A stretch of 32,000 bases of DNA. Source: Acutalibacteraceae bacterium (GTDB lineage Bacteria; Bacillota; Clostridia; Oscillospirales; Acutalibacteraceae). Under the pieces are notes generated by a model that saw only the letters and a program-made list of their open reading frames with translations, did no database searches and was not told where the DNA came from. This document shows, one piece after another, positions 31,879 to 32,000 of the stretch (its first letter is position 1; every line of letters starts with the position of its first letter). Location: the NCBI GenBank assembly GCA_045631965.1, contig JAZQVR010000003.1, positions 55,031 through 87,030 of the forward strand, written 5' to 3'. The position numbers and the translations under genes were made by a program.

Positions 31879-32000
31879 AAATAAAATCACCTCTGGTAAT
31901 AGTATGCACAGTGAATGCAAAACAATAATCATTACCCTGTGACTTTTGCCTTATATTTTCAGCTTTATTTGCATATACTGGAATATTCAATTACAGAAAC

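Noticed and set aside
31879-32000. A glmS ribozyme in the glmS leader
   Set aside because: Only 122 nt of leader lie in the window, and I could not recognise the conserved ribozyme core segments there. It may lie beyond the window edge or be absent. A covariance-model scan of the extended upstream sequence would decide this.

Overview
This window looks like a low-GC Firmicutes/Clostridia-type chromosome and has four parts. (1) 1-697: non-coding DNA with about 2.5 tandem ~180-bp units, each holding a degenerate copy of a tRNA-Arg 3' end and a terminator hairpin. (2) 698-9369: an ~8.6-kb integrated element in the 3' end of tRNA-Arg(ACG) (gene 9324-9400, minus strand), bounded by 46-bp perfect direct repeats. 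It carries a tyrosine integrase, an XRE/cI-like repressor, a divergent unannotated Cro-like ORF, an excisionase-type HTH, a P4/D5-family primase-helicase with an adjacent iteron-rich origin, and a sigma/ArpU-like regulator. It also carries an accessory end with two paralogous type I toxin-antitoxin-like cassettes driven by consensus promoters. It has no structural, lysis or conjugation genes, so it resembles a phage satellite (PICI-like). (3) 9570-16815: ordinary host genes (DHHW protein, MBOAT O-acyltransferase, secreted alpha/beta hydrolase, a membrane protein, MscS). (4) 17139-23673: a compact phage head/packaging module (TerS, TerL, portal, protease-scaffold, major capsid, three connector-like genes). 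It stops abruptly and has no tail, lysis, integrase, repressor or replication genes. Housekeeping genes follow it (DapA-family, DivIVA, TrmB, thiamine pyrophosphokinase, HAD, a TPR membrane protein, GH43, GlmS). The most interesting hypothesis is a split capsid-forming satellite: an int/rep island and a tail-less capsid module 7.8 kb apart and outside each other's boundaries. All functional calls come from reading motifs in the ORF translations. No database search was run.
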